Of a DNA stretch of 64,000 nucleotides, positions 61,843-64,000 are shown piece after piece. Every line of letters begins with the position of its first letter. Within the stretch, counting starts at the first letter, position 1. Origin of the DNA: Nitrospinota bacterium (GTDB lineage: Bacteria > JADFOP01). The stretch is taken from NCBI GenBank assembly GCA_022562795.1, contig JADFOP010000002.1, positions 1 through 64,000 of the forward strand. Direction: 5' to 3'. The position numbers were made by a program, and so were the translations under genes. The notes under the pieces are model-generated. The model ran no database searches. It had not been told where the DNA came from and worked only from the letters and a program-made list of their open reading frames with translations.

Positions 61843-63189
61843 CTACTGGGTGGTCGGCTGGACTTGGGCTGCCGAATGGGGAGCTATTGGGACTGGAGCG
61901 GTTGTAGCGGTCTGATTCGCCAGAATCTCCCACCCATTCAGGAGCTCGATGGCCCGTTGGAGCTGCTGGTCCTGTCGAAGGGCTTTGGTCCACTCATCCT
62001 CCGGGAGATCGGGCTCATCTGTTTGCTTCTCGCCCTTCAAGGCGCCCTCAAGGTCCCGTTCCCTGAGCATTCGGCGGCGGCGCGACACATCGTCGGCAAT
62101 CGCGTTGGGGGTGTCGTTGGACACCACGATGTCCGGCTCAATTCCTATGCCCTGAATGAGCCGGTCCTTGGGCGTGTAGTACTTGGCAGTAGTAAGCCTT
62201 AGCCCAGAGCCGTCGGAGAGCGGGACGATCGTCTGGACCGAGCCTTTCCCAAAGGTGGTCGCCCCTAGCAGGACCGCCCGTCCGTGGTCCTGGAGCGCAC
62301 CGGCCACAATCTCGCTTGCTGAGGCGCTTCCGGCGTTAACGAGCACGACCATCGGATAGTCGGTGTGGCCTGAATTCTGGGCGGTGAAAGGGGGCAAAAC
62401 TTTTTTGGGGTTGCGGCCCTTTATGGTCACGATGGGTTTGCCCGACTCCAAAAAAAGACCGGCCGTCTCGACGGCCTGGTCGAGCAGGCCCCCAGGATTG
62501 TTACGCAAATCGAGAATGAGGCGTTTCATGCCTTGGCCTTCCAGATCCTCGAGCGCCTTGCTTAGATCTTTGCTGGTCGTCTTGTTGAAGCTTTTAAGGC
62601 GGACGTAACCGATAGAGGGCTCTATAAAGCGGGTCCGGGTGCTTTGGATGTGAATGAGATCCCGGATGATCATAATCTCCTTCGGTTCCTCGAGCCCCTC
62701 TCGAACTACGGTGATGGTGATGGGGGTGCCCACCGGGCCCCTCATGAGGCGGACAGCCTCCAGGAGGGTCATCTGCTTCGTGGAGGCGTCGTCGACCTTG
62801 ATGATCCGATCCCCTGGTTCCACGCCGGCTTTGTGGGCAGGAGTCCCCTCGATGGGCGCTACAACCGTCAGGACGTCGTCCTGAATTGTAACCTCTATCC
62901 CTAGTCCGCCGAACTGGCCCTCCGTCTCGACCTGCATCTCCTTGAAGGCCTCGGGCGTCATGTATGCGGTGTGGGGGTCAAGGGAGCGCAACATCCCTCG
63001 TATGGCTCCCTGAAGAAGGTCCTTGCTTTTGACCTCTTCGACGTAGTTCGACTCGACCAGGGAGAGCACCTCGGAGAAGGTCTTGAGGCCTTTGTAGGTG
63101 TCTTCCCGACCTTGGGCCGGGTTTGTCAGAAGAACCACCGCCCAAGCGGCGGCCGTCATAATCGAGCAAAGTTGCTTCATGGTTTTCAC
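61843..63189 (-). CDS. ctpA: Carboxy-terminal processing protease, S41 family
   Basis: PDZ GLGI, DLRNNPGG, SASASEI, TFGKGSVQ. Confidence 0.95.
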   Translation of the reverse strand: MKTMKQLCSIMTAAAWAVVLLTNPAQGREDTYKGLKTFSEVLSLVESNYVEEVKSKDLLQGAIRGMLRSLDPHTAYMTPEAFKEMQVETEGQFGGLGIEVTIQDDVLTVVAPIEGTPAHKAGVEPGDRIIKVDDASTKQMTLLEAVRLMRGPVGTPITITVVREGLEEPKEIMIIRDLIHIQSTRTRFIEPSIGYVRLKSFNKTTSKDLSKALEDLEGQGMKRLILDLRNNPGGLLDQAVETAGLFLESGKPIVTIKGRNPKKVLPPFTAQNSGHTDYPMVVLVNAGSASASEIVAGALQDHGRAVLLGATTFGKGSVQTIVPLSDGSGLRLTTAKYYTPKDRLIQGIGIEPDIVVSNDTPNAIADDVSRRRRMLRERDLEGALKGEKQTDEPDLPEDEWTKALRQDQQLQRAIELLNGWEILANQTATTAPVPIAPHSAAQVQPTTQ

Positions 63190-63260
63190 AGAATGGGCCC
63201 TTCCTACGAGATCGTTTAGTCCCTCACATATGGTAGCACAGGGGGGGGCTGTTCGCTAGC

Positions 63261-64000
63261 TCATTGTGCGCCGGCCACCATCCACGCTCGGGGGGCGATG
63301 GGTCGGCCTCGATGGCGGAGCTCGAAGTAGAGCCGAGGGGTTTCGGCCGCCCCGCTCGAGCCGACCCGGCCGATGACTTGTCCCGCCTCCACCCGCTCGC
63401 CGACCCTGACGGTGATCTCCAGGGCGTGAGCGTAGAGGGTGTGATAGCCCGTCCCGTGGTCGATGATGCAGATGTTGCCGTAGCCCCTGAAGGTGTCGGC
63501 GAAGACGACCGTTCCTGCGGCCACGGCCTCGATTGGGTCCCCCTCCGATGCCCTGATGGTGAGGCCCCGATGGAGTCGGGCGGCCCGGCCAGATAGCTTA
63601 AGGAGACTCCCGTGGACCGGCCAGGGAAGACGGCCTTTCATTAGGGAGAAAGATACCGGCTGGGAGGCGGCTTCGCGCTCCCTCTCAACGGCGTAGGGGA
63701 TTAAAGAGCCGCTCTGCTTCTCGACGACGGAGGGGATATGAGATTCAGGCCGGCTCTCGAGCCTGCCTACAAGCGCCTGTAAGTCTCTGGCAGCCGCCTC
63801 CATCTCCTTCAGGGCCTGCTCGTTGAGGCGACGCTCCCGCTGGATGGAGGCCAGAAGAGATCGTTTGGCTTTCGCCTGCCGGCGGAGGTTGTCGGCCTGG
63901 CGAGATAGCGATGCACGAGCCCTGGCGAGCTTTGAGTCGGTGGTCTTGAGTTGACCACGACGCGCCTGGAGCGCCTGCAGCGTGTCCTTATAGCGCTTGA
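63261..64000 (-). CDS. envC: EnvC-like murein hydrolase activator (coiled coil + degenerate M23), 5' part outside the window
   Basis: Frame is open to the window end; LPWPV.G, GYG..IIDHG, LYFELR; M23 zinc ligands degenerate; envC-ctpA-yibQ synteny. Confidence 0.8.
   Translation of the reverse strand, partial: KRYKDTLQALQARRGQLKTTDSKLARARASLSRQADNLRRQAKAKRSLLASIQRERRLNEQALKEMEAAARDLQALVGRLESRPESHIPSVVEKQSGSLIPYAVEREREAASQPVSFSLMKGRLPWPVHGSLLKLSGRAARLHRGLTIRASEGDPIEAVAAGTVVFADTFRGYGNICIIDHGTGYHTLYAHALEITVRVGERVEAGQVIGRVGSSGAAETPRLYFELRHRGRPIAPRAWMVAGAQ

Overview
GC-rich bacterial chromosomal segment. The gene content suggests a diderm, possibly Nitrospinota/Deltaproteobacteria-like; that is inference only. 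It is mostly housekeeping: aroF, dinG, ptsP, aroE, rho-rpmE-prfA-prmC-murA-hisDCBHAF(IE), gap-pgk-tpiA-secG, a peptide ABC transporter lacking ATPases, envC-ctpA-deacetylase-tsaD, coaD-aspC and three tRNAs (Arg-TCT, His-GTG, Arg-TCG). No CRISPR array, rRNA, transposase or integrase was seen. The most notable items are: (1) an RsbW-like kinase plus STAS protein heading an MlaEFD (MCE) lipid-transporter operon, with a heme-c-sensor PP2C phosphatase 12 kb away and no sigma factor in the window; (2) an atypical hisG displaced from its usual murA-hisD slot; (3) an M1+PA+M28 tandem peptidase split by a one-base frameshift; (4) a helically phased GCGGAAA repeat family at two distant intergenic sites; (5) a bactofilin-TM-TPR fusion, an MrfA/MrfB-like helicase-exonuclease fusion and an L31 with a long repeated tail; (6) an AT-rich HD-GYP gene with a sigma28-type promoter beside the tRNAs; (7) an HNH nuclease preceded by a REP-like hairpin cluster at the left edge.
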